Below, in pieces: positions 63,885 through 64,000 of a stretch of 64,000 nucleotides of DNA (positions are counted from its first letter, which is position 1; every line of letters starts with the position of its first letter). The notes beneath the pieces are model-generated. The model saw nothing but the letters and a program-made list of their open reading frames with translations, did not search any database and had not been told where the DNA came from. Source of the stretch: an uncultured Candidatus Saccharibacteria bacterium (GTDB taxonomy: Bacteria > Patescibacteriota > Saccharimonadia > Saccharimonadales > CAZLTB01); NCBI GenBank assembly GCA_964562505.1, contig CAZLTB010000002.1, forward strand, positions 1,200 to 65,199, given 5' to 3'. The translations under genes were made by a program, and so were the position numbers.

Positions 63885-64000
63885 TCCACCACCCCGCTTG
63901 TGCTGCTTTTATTAATTCTTTGTATGATTTTTGGGAATTTAGTGATTTTAGTTGGTCTTCTAGTGATATTGCGAAGTAATTGACGGCTTCATGTACGGAA
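63868..64000 (-). CDS. 3' end of an unidentified CDS entering from beyond the window
   Basis: The minus-strand frame is open from the window edge (...SVHEAVNYFAISLEDQLKSLNSQKSYKELIKAAQAGWWNASRE*). Its TGA stop overlaps the kinase-like start by 17 nt. Confidence 0.3.
   Translation of the reverse strand, partial: SVHEAVNYFAISLEDQLKSLNSQKSYKELIKAAQAGWWNASRE

Noticed and set aside
1-64000. Search for a prophage, integrative element, defence island, or toxin-antitoxin or restriction-modification genes.
   Set aside because: I recognised no integrase, transposase, terminase, capsid, helicase-nuclease, methyltransferase-endonuclease pair or tRNA-flanked boundary. The window reads as core chromosome with a few lineage-specific surface proteins.

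Overview
This is a dense chromosomal segment of about 70 CDS with very short intergenic gaps. Roughly 85% of genes lie on the minus strand and many start/stop codons overlap. The standard code applies: TGA ends pilT at a conserved C-terminus. I recognised no rRNA, tRNA, CRISPR array, transposase, integrase or prophage.

Content in order:
- A secretin-less type IV pilus cluster (pilin, pilC, pilT, pilB, small ORF, pilO-like, pilN, pilM), preceded by a 928-aa secreted repeat protein.
- ychF, tlyA, efp and rpsR-ssb-rpsF.
- A DUF5648/FN3 surface protein, ftsK and rnj.
- An Fe-S-less family-4-like UDG, pnp, rpsO, truB and a degenerate DHH protein.
- rpsT, holA, mutM, polA and a P-type ATPase.
- Polyprenyl synthase, a P-loop kinase, rpoD and dnaG.
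- Several small hypothetical genes, orn, a VanY-like peptidase, capA-like, msrB, mscL and gdh.
- An alkD-like gene, argS and alr.
- A three-gene lipid head-group cassette (CDP-alcohol transferase, PHP, CarS-like).
- An LmbE/DinB pair and a PGI/PMI isomerase.
- Tandem coiled-coil paralogs and an IPNTG sortase substrate.
- CIRCE-controlled groES-groEL and a kinase-like protein.

The gene set suggests a monoderm, reduced-genome lineage such as Saccharibacteria/CPR. The supporting features are pili without a secretin, a sortase signal, many Pro/Ser/Thr-rich surface proteins and streamlined operons. This placement is inference only.

Most interesting observations:
- The archaeal CarS-like lipid cassette.
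- An alkD-like ORF whose conserved N-terminus has no ATG/GTG/TTG start and sits in frame directly behind the argS stop codon.
- Loss of all zinc ligands in both the DnaG zinc ribbon and the PilB tetracysteine motif.
- A catalytically dead DHH protein with a roughly 400-aa proline-rich tail.
- The pilus-adjacent 928-aa repeat protein.
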